A stretch of DNA of 64,000 nt, taken from assembly GCA_964647695.1 (NCBI GenBank), contig CAZYIS010000001.1, forward strand, positions 48,275 to 112,274, written 5' to 3'. The notes under the pieces are model-generated. The model did no database searches, was not told the DNA's origin, and saw nothing but the letters and a program-made list of their open reading frames with translations. Below are positions 16,946 to 25,083 of the stretch, piece after piece. Each line of letters begins with the position of its first letter. Position 1 is the first letter of the stretch. The position numbers and the translations under genes were made by a program. The DNA comes from Candidatus Woesearchaeota archaeon. GTDB taxonomy: Archaea > Nanobdellota > Nanobdellia > Pacearchaeales > GW2011-AR1.

Positions 16946-17030
16946 TGTATCTACGGATACACCTCTTTTTCCCAGGAGAAGGAGTTTGACCAAATTCTAA
17001 ACAAACTCAGGTTGATCTCCTCTCTTGGAA
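16946..17030 (+). ncRNA. Candidate structured small RNA, copy 2
   Basis: TATA TTTATATA at 16918. 5' hairpin TGTATC-TACG-GATACA has a UNCG loop. Shares ATACACCTCTTTTTCCC with copy 1, then stem TTCCCAGGAGAAGGAGTTTGACC / GGTTGATCTCCTCTCTTGGAA. Confidence 0.55.
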
Positions 17031-17106
17031 CATTTAATAATATTATATCGGAAGGGTTCGTTTAATTTTTAGAAAGGTATAAAAACGCTTTAGAATGATA
17101 AAATTT

Positions 17107-17460
17107 ATGCACAAAATAGGAAATACAAATTGCAGATTAGACATTTATGAAGTTCAAGGAGATATTGGAAAAGCAGTTCTTCGCCATTTATCCACAAGAG
17201 ATACTCTAGTAGAATATACTCCTAGAATAGGCAATAGTGCTGAACATTATTTTTCTATATCTATAGAAAGAGAAGGTTCTCAAAGGGAAGTTGTAATGCC
17301 TTATAGAGAAGCTAACTTTAGTGAAACTCTGAAAAGATTTTATGCTGCTGCTAAAAGAGTATTTAAAAAAGAAACTAATGAAAATGAATTAGCTGATTCA
17401 ATGAATTTAGTAAGAACTTTAAATGGTTCCCCTCAGCCAATTCTTAGTCCAAGTTACTAA
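17107..17460 (+). CDS. Hypothetical protein
   Basis: Promoter GAAAGGTATAAAAAC starts 35 nt before ATG 17107 (the track starts at 17095). Confidence 0.65.
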   Translation: MHKIGNTNCRLDIYEVQGDIGKAVLRHLSTRDTLVEYTPRIGNSAEHYFSISIEREGSQREVVMPYREANFSETLKRFYAAAKRVFKKETNENELADSMNLVRTLNGSPQPILSPSY

Positions 17461-17474
17461 TAAAATAATTAATT

Positions 17475-17636
17475 TTATTTCTTTTTTAGAATAAGTTTGC
17501 CTTTTTCAGTTTCTACTATCAATTCATCTCCGGCTTTAAACCCTGTTTGGCTTAGAATAACCTCTGGAACATTGATTTTATACTTATAATATGCTTGCCC
17601 TTTATACTCTCTAGATTTTTCTTTTAGTATTTTCAT
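17475..17636 (-). CDS. AbrB/MazE/SpoVT-like DNA-binding protein (53 aa, not in the ORF track)
   Basis: Manual translation MKILKEKSREYKGQAYYKYKINVPEVILSQTGFKAGDELIVETEKGKLILKKK shows the swapped-hairpin pattern (I.VP...G...GDEL....G.LIL). Confidence 0.8.
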   Translation of the reverse strand: MKILKEKSREYKGQAYYKYKINVPEVILSQTGFKAGDELIVETEKGKLILKKK

Positions 17637-17667
17637 AATTAAAAAAGTGAGAATAACTATTTAAACT

Positions 17668-17702
17668 TTTAGAGACCGAAAGATTTATATACTTTAGAGA
17701 CC
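17668..17702. promoter_or_regulatory. Direct repeat TTTAGAGACC (two copies) flanking a TATA box in a divergent promoter
   Basis: Copies at 17668-17677 and 17693-17702 around TTTATATA at 17684. Confidence 0.6.
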
Positions 17703-17712
17703 TAAATATATA

Positions 17713-18195
17713 ATGGTTAAGGGTTTATGTGTTAATTGTAAGAAAGAAAAAGAAATAGCTTTATCCGGAAAAGCAAAAGGATTGTGTAAAGTTTGTTATA
17801 AAAAATTAATTTGGAAACCTAAATTAATAGAATGTAAACGGTGCAAAAGAATGTTACCTAATCAGGCATTTGGTTTTTGTAAAAGCTGTTATCTCTCGGT
17901 CTTTCATATGGATAGAATGAAAGAACATAGTATTAAACAACATCACAATATTGATCCTAAATTATGGAAAGAAATAACTAAAAAATGTGTCGTTTGTGGT
18001 TTCGATAAAATAGTAGATTTACACCATCTAGATCACAATCATGATAATAATTCTAGGGAAAATCTTATAGGTTTATGCCCTAATCATCATAGAATGATTC
18101 ACAATATAAAAACTAGAAAAGAAGTATTAGATATTTTGAAGGAAAATGGATATGTTCCTCTTGAAAAATATCTAGATAACGAGTTCTATAAATAA
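17713..18195 (+). CDS. HNH endonuclease with N-terminal zinc ribbons
   Basis: Four N-terminal CxxC pairs, then CVVCG...LHHLDHNHDNNSRENLIGLCPNHHRMIH. Confidence 0.88.
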   Translation: MVKGLCVNCKKEKEIALSGKAKGLCKVCYKKLIWKPKLIECKRCKRMLPNQAFGFCKSCYLSVFHMDRMKEHSIKQHHNIDPKLWKEITKKCVVCGFDKIVDLHHLDHNHDNNSRENLIGLCPNHHRMIHNIKTRKEVLDILKENGYVPLEKYLDNEFYK

Positions 18196-18245
18196 TACTT
18201 TTCAGTTTTCCATATGTATTTAAAACCCTATTTTATGAGATTTTC

Positions 18246-18737
18246 ATGGAAAATTTAATAAAATTAGAACAATTACCCTATGCCCGAGATCTAAATTTAA
18301 TTCTAAATTATCTAAAACTAGTTTTTCCTGATTTTCCAGAAAGAAATTGTCAGGATGCAGCTAGAATTACTTCAAGAGTAACTAAGTTAAGAGAGCTGGC
18401 CGGTTATTTTAGTGAAATACCTGGACAAAGCAGGGAAGAATGGCACGCTTGGAACTATGATCCTGAAAGAAAAATAATTGTAGATTTAACAGGTAAGCAA
18501 TTAGCAGAAGATTTACCTGAAATATTTATTACTTCTAAGCATGATCCCCGATATAGATTAACCCTAAGTAATACTCGTGAAGCACGAAGCGAATATGGCT
18601 GGTTTTGTGAACCTTCTTTTCTAAAAGATTACTATGCCTATGCTAAAAATCCTGAAAGATTCTACCTGGATGGAAGAAAAAAGATTATTAGAGATTTAGT
18701 TCCTGTTTCTTTAGACCTAGCATTGCAAATATCCTGA
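18246..18737 (+). CDS. Hypothetical protein, possible transglutaminase/papain-like fold
   Basis: NCQDAA...HAWNYD...IVDLT gives Cys-His-Asp order. Confidence 0.55.
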   Translation: MENLIKLEQLPYARDLNLILNYLKLVFPDFPERNCQDAARITSRVTKLRELAGYFSEIPGQSREEWHAWNYDPERKIIVDLTGKQLAEDLPEIFITSKHDPRYRLTLSNTREARSEYGWFCEPSFLKDYYAYAKNPERFYLDGRKKIIRDLVPVSLDLALQIS

Positions 18738-18795
18738 TTAAAGGTCCAAAGCCAAGATTTAAATATTCAGAAAAAGAAATTTTCTAGCAAACAAC

Positions 18796-19110
18796 ATGTT
18801 AAACGGAGAAATTAATTTGGAAAATGTAGCAAAAAATGCTTACTTTGGAGCCCAGGGCAATACAATCAATGTAGTCTATGGTTTAGACATGGGTAGAGTT
18901 CAATATAAGGAATTTAGATTATCTGATGGAATATTTCTTACTTCCTTGGGCACAACCCTGGATGATTTTAAAACAAGATGTACTTCGGTTGTTCCTACAG
19001 AAGAAGTTAAAAGATTAGTCTATGAAACCAGAACTCCTCTTAGTATCAGTTTATTAGAAGAACAGGTGTTTGTTAACGCTAGAAACGATCAATTAACGGG
19101 GGCTGATTAA
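18796..19110 (+). CDS. Hypothetical protein
   Basis: ORF with upstream TTTAAATA. Confidence 0.6.
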   Translation: MLNGEINLENVAKNAYFGAQGNTINVVYGLDMGRVQYKEFRLSDGIFLTSLGTTLDDFKTRCTSVVPTEEVKRLVYETRTPLSISLLEEQVFVNARNDQLTGAD

Positions 19111-19111
19111 A

Positions 19112-19447
19112 ATGAGTCTAATAAACAAAATTCAAAAAGGAATTGTTCTCGGAGCATCATCCGCCATACTATTAGGATTCGCAGGAGTTACATATTTTGG
19201 CAGCCAACATACTAAAGCCCAAGATGATTTGATGTCTTCTTCTAATATTACAGATTATCCTGCCCTTATGCAAGATTTAAACACAAAAATAGAATATTCT
19301 GCAGATTTAACCATTGCCGGCGGAGCCCTATTGGGACTTTATGGTCTTGGTTCTTTAATAAATCGAAGAAGAGACGCACAAAATAATCAAAAATTAATCA
19401 ATCTATTAAGACTGGTTGCTGATGAAAGAAGCAATGCTAAAAATTAA
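19112..19447 (+). CDS. Hypothetical two-TM protein
   Basis: Two hydrophobic segments; starts immediately after the previous ORF. Confidence 0.65.
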   Translation: MSLINKIQKGIVLGASSAILLGFAGVTYFGSQHTKAQDDLMSSSNITDYPALMQDLNTKIEYSADLTIAGGALLGLYGLGSLINRRRDAQNNQKLINLLRLVADERSNAKN

Positions 19448-19511
19448 ACAAACAGCTGTTTGTTTTTATCCTAAACAAAAGTTTTAAAAGAGATTAATTT
19501 ATGCTATTTTT

Positions 19512-19874
19512 ATGAAACTTGAAGATATTACTCCAGAATTAAAGGAAGGAGAGTTAGTTTTAATAAAAACTACTCAAAATTCTCATGCCCTGGGTACATT
19601 CAGCGATGGAAATGAAAAGAGAATATTCTTACATCAACCATCCTATTATCTAGGAAAACCAGTCAATCTAGACGGAAAGATCAAACTAGAAGTTTCTCCC
19701 GGAATAGATTCTCGTTCCTATAGTCAAATAGGCCAAATTTATCGTGGAAAGAAAGAAATTGTAAAATACTTAGAATCCCATCCCGATCTAAAAGGTCATG
19801 CCGATTGGGTTAAAAAACTAGATGCTCCATTTGAATTACCAAAAACCGATGTTCTACGTACACTAAGATTATAA
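19512..19874 (+). CDS. Hypothetical protein
   Basis: ORF with upstream AAAAGTTTTAAAA. Confidence 0.65.
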   Translation: MKLEDITPELKEGELVLIKTTQNSHALGTFSDGNEKRIFLHQPSYYLGKPVNLDGKIKLEVSPGIDSRSYSQIGQIYRGKKEIVKYLESHPDLKGHADWVKKLDAPFELPKTDVLRTLRL

Positions 19875-19938
19875 TTTTTATAGCCCAGTAGTGATTTTTA
19901 CCAATTAACTTTAAATATCCTTCAAAAGTGAGATTTTT

Positions 19939-20460
19939 ATGACAAACAAAGCAAATTTTAATAGATTGTTGGAAAATCTATTCCATCCCGAAGGAGTTAC
20001 TCTAGAAATTGCTGAAAATAATCGTATCCAACTTCCAGTTAACTATGTTTGGACTCCTAGTGGCACTTACATATTACATAATTACTCTCCTAAGGAGTTA
20101 GCTTCATTAAAAATAAACTCACCTAACTTTATCCCTGACAAACCCTATAAATATATTCCTAAGGCAAGACTATCTTTTGATAGGTCCATGTCCCCTAATG
20201 AATTTAGAGAAAATAATTTAATGGTTGCCACTTTTGGTGATAGCGGAGCCGATACTCTTGCAGATATTGCTCGACAGTTTTCTCAAAAACCCTATATATT
20301 TGGACATCAAATCGGAGAAAATCATCCTTCTATTCTTTCAAGTTTAGCTTTAGACCTTCCATTTGTCTCGGGCGGTTTAGTCGTACACGCAAATGCCTAT
20401 GCCAATTCAGATGGCTATATAATCAATCATTTTAAACCTGAAGTTTATCATTTCGATTAG
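19939..20460 (+). CDS. Hypothetical protein
   Basis: 173-aa ORF with TTTAAATA promoter; its stop codon overlaps the dif-like arm. Confidence 0.65.
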   Translation: MTNKANFNRLLENLFHPEGVTLEIAENNRIQLPVNYVWTPSGTYILHNYSPKELASLKINSPNFIPDKPYKYIPKARLSFDRSMSPNEFRENNLMVATFGDSGADTLADIARQFSQKPYIFGHQIGENHPSILSSLALDLPFVSGGLVVHANAYANSDGYIINHFKPEVYHFD

Positions 20461-20527
20461 TTCGTTCAAGCTCACTTAACAGAATTTTAATACATACCTC
20501 TATATACTTGAGAGTGTTTGATATAAT

Positions 20528-20674
20528 ATGGTAGCAATCAGTTTAACAGTATCTGCATTGCTTGCAGTAATCTTTGGAATTCTTATATTAATGTTCCCAA
20601 AAATGCTTAATAATTTAGTAGGATTATGGTTATTAGTTTTCGGAATTCTACAATTGATTAATATTTATTATTAA
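20528..20674 (+). CDS. Small membrane protein, DUF3096-like (48 aa, not in track)
   Basis: MVAISLTVSALLAVIFGILILMFPKMLNNLVGLWLLVFGILQLINIYY. Confidence 0.75.
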   Translation: MVAISLTVSALLAVIFGILILMFPKMLNNLVGLWLLVFGILQLINIYY

Positions 20675-20680
20675 ATCTTT

Positions 20681-21223
20681 TTAATCTACAGAAACAACTT
20701 CTTCTAAAGGTTCTACCAATCTTAGAGTTCCATTTTCAAAATCTCTATTCATAGCATCATTAAGTTCTTTTAATTCTTCAGCACTATAATAATTTCCTCT
20801 ATCTTTCCATTTTTGTTTTCCATCGGCCCAAGCACACCACGGCGATATTTCAAAAGCTTTTCTAGCCAAATATTTATCATTTAACTTAAACTTAACTGGA
20901 AGTCTGCTTTCTCTATGTTTTTGAGATGCCAAATCATAGATTTTACTTAATGCCCTAATTAATAATGCTTCTTGACTATCATCCAAATCAACTCTTTTCA
21001 CAGGATCTGGAGTTCCCACATTACTATAGGGCCCCGCGCCATACCAATAATTAGTTTTATGCATATCCATAACAAATCTTCCTTCACTAGGTCTTACCGA
21101 TAGACAAACATCTTCCAAATCTTTCTTTCCATCTTCTCTCACCCAAATATGATATCCTCTAGGTTGATTTGGAAGTCTAACATCTCCACCTTCAATTACT
21201 AGAATATGTTTATTACTTTCCAT
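20681..21223 (-). CDS. Hypothetical protein
   Basis: 180-aa ORF directly downstream of 21224..21694. Confidence 0.65.
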   Translation of the reverse strand: MESNKHILVIEGGDVRLPNQPRGYHIWVREDGKKDLEDVCLSVRPSEGRFVMDMHKTNYWYGAGPYSNVGTPDPVKRVDLDDSQEALLIRALSKIYDLASQKHRESRLPVKFKLNDKYLARKAFEISPWCAWADGKQKWKDRGNYYSAEELKELNDAMNRDFENGTLRLVEPLEEVVSVD

Positions 21224-21694
21224 TTACTCAAAGGCTCCAGGACCATGGGCCTGCAGTCCTTGTTCTTCAAGGAGTATTTTTATTTGCTTTTTAGCGCTTC
21301 TAAATTCAGTTGGGCTAACATAGGTCAAATATCCTGTTGTCAATCTAGAACCTGCACCATTTCTATCTTCAGTTTTATCAATAAAGAATCCTCTTAGATT
21401 TCTAGGATCATCTAATAAACTGTCTCCAAAGAAATCATATTTCCAGTAATTAAAATCATCTTTAATTGTTTCATCCCTATTCTTTAGGCCATGAACTATT
21501 TCTACTTCTGGGGCAGCTAGAGTTACCTGAACAACAACCGATGGAAATTTATTCAGTTTAACAAAACCTGTGGGGTCTTCATAGCTAGGATAAACTGAGT
21601 CACCTATTCTTTCAAGAATCAATGGATCTTCATAAACCAGTCTTCTAACATTTCCCTTTACATGTTTAAACCAAAATCTTTCTAATCCATTCAT
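21224..21694 (-). CDS. Hypothetical protein
   Basis: 156-aa ORF with TTTAAATA upstream on the minus strand. Confidence 0.65.
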   Translation of the reverse strand: MNGLERFWFKHVKGNVRRLVYEDPLILERIGDSVYPSYEDPTGFVKLNKFPSVVVQVTLAAPEVEIVHGLKNRDETIKDDFNYWKYDFFGDSLLDDPRNLRGFFIDKTEDRNGAGSRLTTGYLTYVSPTEFRSAKKQIKILLEEQGLQAHGPGAFE

Positions 21695-21767
21695 AAAAAT
21701 TCTGATTAATTCAATTATTTAAACATATAGGCTATTTTTTCTTTAATTTTGGTAGTGAAAATAACAA

Positions 21768-22085
21768 TTAGGATATATAACTTTCAATAGTATTAGGTAT
21801 TGGACTAATTTTTTTCCTTTTTTCATCAACATATCTTGCCCTTACTCTTTTTATTTCATAGGATCCAGGAATAAATATTTCATTAGATTTCATTCTTTGT
21901 TTAACCAACCCCGAAACACCATTCCAAAATTTATTTTCTTCAACACTTCCTGCAGACTCTGCTCTAGATTTATATTGTTCATAGTCCATATAATGTCTAG
22001 CTAAATTATCTATGGGGGCTATTAACGTATAAGTCGATAAGAATAGAATAAATACGGCGCGATCCATTTTCATATTAGGATACAT
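21768..22085 (-). CDS. Hypothetical protein with N-terminal hydrophobic segment
   Basis: 105-aa ORF. Confidence 0.55.
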   Translation of the reverse strand: MYPNMKMDRAVFILFLSTYTLIAPIDNLARHYMDYEQYKSRAESAGSVEENKFWNGVSGLVKQRMKSNEIFIPGSYEIKRVRARYVDEKRKKISPIPNTIESYIS

Positions 22086-22114
22086 ATTGTTTAGGTTGAT
22101 TATATTATTTAAAA

Positions 22115-22648
22115 TTAATCAGTCTCTTCTTCATCGCTTTCTTCACCATCTTCAACTTCTTCAGAATGATGGTCATGATGATCGTGTTCAGATAAATCGC
22201 TTTCTTCATTAATGCTCTTAATTATTATCTTGAAAATTAAGGTCTTTCCAGCCATAGGATGATTCAAATCAATTTCAACCATATCTCCAACTATTTTATT
22301 AATCTTAACTGGGATTTCGTTTCCATCTGGAGTTCTAACATATAATTCCATTCCTGCTTCTATCTTTGCTCCAGTAGGCATTTTTCTCATAGGCACTTGT
22401 TGTACCAGTTTAGGATTATATTGACCATAGGCTTCTTCAGGTTTAAGAGTTATTTCTTTTTCATCTCCAATGTCTAATCCTATAACTCCAGTGTCAAACC
22501 CAGCAATCATTTGTCCTGCTCCTACTTCAAATTCCAATGGATGAGAATGGTCTCCATGCATAGATGTATCAAAAACAACTCCATTTTCAAATCTTCCTTC
22601 ATAGTCTACTCTTACCTTATCGCCTTTCTTAATAGCCATAGAAAACAC
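22115..22648 (-). CDS. slyD: FKBP-type peptidyl-prolyl isomerase, SlyD-like
   Basis: VRVDYEG, PLEFEVGAGQMIAGFD, PEEAYG, DLNHPMAGKTL and a His/acidic tail; start probably 22639. Confidence 0.93.
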   Translation of the reverse strand: MFSMAIKKGDKVRVDYEGRFENGVVFDTSMHGDHSHPLEFEVGAGQMIAGFDTGVIGLDIGDEKEITLKPEEAYGQYNPKLVQQVPMRKMPTGAKIEAGMELYVRTPDGNEIPVKINKIVGDMVEIDLNHPMAGKTLIFKIIIKSINEESDLSEHDHHDHHSEEVEDGEESDEEETD

Positions 22649-22744
22649 TCTTTTTTAGGGTATTTAATTGTTTTTATGTCAAGGAACTTCACTTATTCCT
22701 TGAGCATCCAAAACACAAGGGCTAGAAGCACATTGTGTTTTTGA

Positions 22745-22936
22745 CTAACCCATTTCTTGAAACAGCCAAACAAGAAAATAAATTATATATAATAATACCA
22801 CCAGTCCACCTATCCAAATAAGAATTCCAAGAATAGGTAAAAATATTCCTAGAAAAATAAATAAAATAGCTATCCAGAATATGGCTGAAAGCGATTCCAT
22901 TCTATTAAACAAATTTTTTATATTATAATAGCTCAT
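22745..22936 (-). CDS. Small membrane protein
   Basis: Strongly hydrophobic 50-60 aa ORF. Confidence 0.45.
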   Translation of the reverse strand: MSYYNIKNLFNRMESLSAIFWIAILFIFLGIFLPILGILIWIGGLVVLLYIIYFLVWLFQEMG

Positions 22937-24531
22937 AGTTGTACATATTTATCTTTTCCAAATTTAAAAGGATTGCTACCCTTATTGGTTGAAAACCAAA
23001 CAATTAAAATTCCAATGATTATAATAATTATAATAATTATCACTATAATTATCCATCCTGCAGGGGATGAACTTGTTCCGGACCCGCTAGAACTTCCCGT
23101 ATTATTATTTGTTCCGGACCCGCCATCGCTTCCGCTACCACTATCACTTCCCAAAGCCGAGAAAGTTTCAGGAGTAACCAGCTCATGTATATAATTAATA
23201 GTTAGATTTACTTTTGTTGAATTGAGACCATTGACTCTAACTCTCAAATCATAATAATTATCTCCATCAATATTAAAGTCATGACTCTCCCCAGAGTTTA
23301 TCGTTGCCTGCTGAGAAGTTGAAGAAACATTAATTATCACTCTATCGGTTTGAATGTCCATAACTCCTACATAATGGGTTTCTCCATTAAATTTAATACT
23401 AATTCTATCCTTCTCGCTCATATTTTTATTAATACTTAACTTATAACTAAATTCTTCATCGGTGTAGGATGTAGTGCTCCAGGTCCAAGATGATGTATCT
23501 CCTGTACCTCCTCCAGAACTATCTCCAGTTACACAAGCCTCAGTTGTAAAATCTGACGTATTAATATTATAATTTCCAGCATAATCAAAACAAGTCACAT
23601 TATAGGTGTAGGTTTTTTCACAGCTAGCACTATCACTAAAGCTCCAAGTTGAACTACTAATATTCTCAGCATTACCTCTATCGCTATAGCTTCCAGCACT
23701 AGAATTTCTTTTCACAGAACAATAGTTAATTCCACTAACCGTATCATTAACCGTTATATTAAACTTAACACTAGTATTAGTAGTTGCCTTATCAATTATT
23801 TGAGGAACACTAGGAATACTATTATCTATCTTCACATTTAACAAAGTTAGGTTGCTCCGATAGCCTAGACTGTCATTGGCAATTATGGTTATATTATAGA
23901 CTGTTCCATCGGTCAATGCCGAAGTATTCCATGTGGAGTTCCAACTGGATAAACTAGTATTGCCAGCATATTTCAAAGCAGTAATATTGCCTGTTGAATT
24001 ACTAATATTAAAGGAAACGCTAGCAATAGATGAATAATCATTTAAAGTAACATTCAAGATATAATTTCCTGAGATGTTACTATTATTTCTTAGAACCACT
24101 GGAGTTATTATTGGTGAGGCAGTATCATTAACTGTAACTACCACGCTGTTATTTATGTTCGCTGTTGAATTAGAACTTATAACTATAATATTATAAATTC
24201 CAGGATAGGATGCAGTCGCATTAAACCAAAAGTACTTTGTTGTCAAATTTGGAATCATATTCAATGCGGACCAAGTTAGTTCATTCATACTACCTATGGA
24301 ATCAGTTCCATTGCTTGCATTTACAAAAGTAAAATTATTAGGTAAAACAATGGTTACTCCAGTTATATTTGCCAACGCACTAGTATCCGTATTATTTACA
24401 CTTATATTATACAAAACTGAGATATTTTGATTAACTGAGTAACTTTGAGGATTAATGTTATGGCCAGCAATAACCAATGCAACCAAAAATATGGTCAGTA
24501 TTGATCCGCTAATAATCTTATTACTTAACAT
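22933..24531 (-). CDS. Secreted, membrane-anchored surface glycoprotein (Ig/FN3-like repeats)
   Basis: Signal peptide, many NxS/T sequons, D(T/N)xxP domain boundaries, Gly/Ser linkers and a C-terminal TM. Confidence 0.8.
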   Translation of the reverse strand: MLSNKIISGSILTIFLVALVIAGHNINPQSYSVNQNISVLYNISVNNTDTSALANITGVTIVLPNNFTFVNASNGTDSIGSMNELTWSALNMIPNLTTKYFWFNATASYPGIYNIIVISSNSTANINNSVVVTVNDTASPIITPVVLRNNSNISGNYILNVTLNDYSSIASVSFNISNSTGNITALKYAGNTSLSSWNSTWNTSALTDGTVYNITIIANDSLGYRSNLTLLNVKIDNSIPSVPQIIDKATTNTSVKFNITVNDTVSGINYCSVKRNSSAGSYSDRGNAENISSSTWSFSDSASCEKTYTYNVTCFDYAGNYNINTSDFTTEACVTGDSSGGGTGDTSSWTWSTTSYTDEEFSYKLSINKNMSEKDRISIKFNGETHYVGVMDIQTDRVIINVSSTSQQATINSGESHDFNIDGDNYYDLRVRVNGLNSTKVNLTINYIHELVTPETFSALGSDSGSGSDGGSGTNNNTGSSSGSGTSSSPAGWIIIVIIIIIIIIIGILIVWFSTNKGSNPFKFGKDKYVQL

Positions 24532-24601
24532 TTTGTCCTCTTTTTTATATCCTGAACCAATACAATCTCATTTATAAATATTAGTTATGATTAATTCTCA
24601 T

Positions 24602-24674
<73 letters not shown>

Positions 24675-24752
24675 CTTTTTTCTTATATTTTTCACAATCA
24701 AAATGTTTATAAAAAGAAATAATTAGATAATCGCATAAAATTAGAGGTGCAA

Positions 24753-25052
24753 ATGGGAAGTAATATAGATTTAAGGAAATTTGAAGATCCGAACAGCATA
24801 CAAGATGCTTTCTCTAGAATTGTTTCGGGTGGAAAATCAGGCTATAAGACAGTTATGGAAAGAAAGAAGATTCCTCCTAAGTGCGTCAAATGCGGCAGAG
24901 GTGGAGATGACGAACAAAAATTCTGTCCTCAATGCGGTGGTAAAATGGTTGTTCCAGTAACCCAATGTCCTGGATGTAAGAAAGCCATAGATCAAGGTCA
25001 GAAGTTCTGTACCGGTTGTGGTTATGACCTTCAATCCATAGTAATAGGCTAA
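24753..25052 (+). CDS. Double zinc-ribbon protein
   Basis: CVKC, KFCPQCG, CPGC and KFCTGCG; SD GAGGTG at 24744 favours ATG 24753. Confidence 0.85.
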   Translation: MGSNIDLRKFEDPNSIQDAFSRIVSGGKSGYKTVMERKKIPPKCVKCGRGGDDEQKFCPQCGGKMVVPVTQCPGCKKAIDQGQKFCTGCGYDLQSIVIG

Positions 25053-25083
25053 TATTTATTAATTGCTTTTTCTCACTATTCTT

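Larger units (their letters stand above)
15194..20486 (+). repeat. Dispersed 11-bp dif/Xer-arm-like motif RGTTCGNNTAA at gene boundaries
   Basis: Copies at 15194, 15659, 16064, 16499 (variant), 16863, 16891, 17055 and 20459 (variant), plus an inverted copy at 12302-12311. Confidence 0.7.

Noticed and set aside
15150..17070. CRISPR array
   Set aside because: The repeats are only 11-34 bp, irregularly spaced and separated by whole genes; no cas genes are in the window.
14600..22100. Provirus or canonical integron
   Set aside because: No integrase, capsid, terminase or Rep gene is recognisable, no tRNA att duplication was seen, and the hairpins are shorter than attC sites.
23013..23050. (ATA)n repeat
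   Set aside because: It encodes the poly-Ile transmembrane anchor of the surface protein.
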